64,000 nucleotides of DNA from Nitrospirota bacterium (GTDB lineage Bacteria > Nitrospirota > UBA9217): assembly GCA_963737155.1 (NCBI GenBank), contig CAVTRN010000002.1, positions 2,016,001 through 2,080,000 of the forward strand. Reading direction: 5' to 3'. The notes under the pieces were generated by a model. It ran no database searches. It saw only the letters and a list, made by a program, of their open reading frames with translations, and was not told the origin of the DNA. How positions within the stretch are numbered: position 1 is the first letter of the stretch; every line of letters starts with the position of its first letter. This document shows, piece after piece, positions 63,282 through 64,000 of this stretch. The position numbers and the translations under genes are program-made.

Positions 63282-63694
63282 TCTTTTTTCCTTTATGTTA
63301 AAAGCAAATTAATTTAGATGACAGCAATCCATTTCTCAGGAAGGACAAAACTTTTACACCAATCTTTTATCAGTAGTCATATCTACCTCTCTATAAGCAG
63401 CTGCATTTTTTATGCAGACACGCTTAATTAACCGGCTGCAAGAAGAAATAAGCGTTACCCAACTTGAAGCAGATTGTAAAATCGATGATTTTAACGCGAT
63501 CCCTTGTGTTATTATATCATAGCAACTCGCCTTTCGGTGTGTAATTAGCCAGTTCACTATAACTTGTAACAGTAATGGCGCAAATAATTACTAAGAACGA
63601 TGATAGCAGCACGTAAAGTCCCAATCTGCATCCGACAGCTACTACCTATTGTTCTTTTCAACATTATCATGATTGATTCCCTCAAATTAAGCTG

Positions 63695-64000
63695 TTGACT
63701 TCTGCCTCCCCTGCCTGAAGGCCGAGTCTTTCCAAATGGCTCTGCAACTGCTGCGAGCTAAAGCAGATTCTATTCGCAGATGCGGCAGAGATGTTTGCCA
63801 CGGTTCCGGTTTATGGGCTGATGAAGCTTGCCTGGTATTTTCAAGATAAACCGGTAAACCGTGGGCTGTGCCGCAGCCACTGCTCCTGGAGACATTTATT
63901 GACCCCCCGACAGATATTTTTCAGGATGTTGATTGCCCCGCTTACATCAGCATTAATTGCAGCGCCGCATTGGTTGGAAATGTAAAGACCACGCGGTCTG
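63695..64000 (-). mobile_element. Right part of an IS200/IS605-family element (tnpB 3' end, omega-RNA region, right end)
   Basis: TnpB C-terminus, then a long hairpin, then ...CTCGGCCTTCAGGCAGGGGAGGCAGAAG-TCAA terminus at 63695. Confidence 0.75.
63841..63999 (-). pseudogene. tnpB: TnpB C-terminal fragment (continues past the right edge; appears degenerate)
   Basis: Manual translation RPRGLYISNQCGAAINADVSGAINILKN matches the TnpB CxxCG..NADxNGAxNI motif with one Cys replaced by Ser. Confidence 0.75.

Noticed and set aside
1-64000. CRISPR arrays, tRNA and rRNA genes
   Set aside because: None recognised by eye; no regularly spaced direct repeats or cloverleaf patterns seen.

Overview
A bacterial accessory region, probably from an anaerobic Nitrospirota- or Desulfobacterota-like genome (inferred from gene content only). 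Almost all host genes lie on the minus strand. From left to right: a partial RpoS-like sigma factor with an atypical receiver protein behind a candidate sigma54 promoter; a truncated IS3 element whose transposase is interrupted by an 813-nt group II intron that has lost its RT ORF; higBA with an IS630 inserted in its promoter palindrome; a broken B12-radical SAM gene; SulP; Usp; an MdtABC-OMF efflux operon; and a partly eroded glycogen/phosphoketolase/acetate kinase cluster. Next come two inverted 1,657-bp copies of an unclassified element. It has no terminal inverted repeats, carries CTAA at both junctions and encodes a 514-aa protein with Rep_trans-like motifs. The copies bracket 7.9 kb containing two unannotated His-rich micro-lipoproteins, Usp, MFS, DUF2147, a probable selenocysteine-containing thioredoxin-like/MerB fusion and ssb. 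The window ends with a hyi-garR-ABC-larA cluster and the 3' end of an IS200/IS605 tnpB element. Many frameshifts are single +1 insertions and are probably long-read errors. Family assignments come from motif recognition by eye, not database searches.
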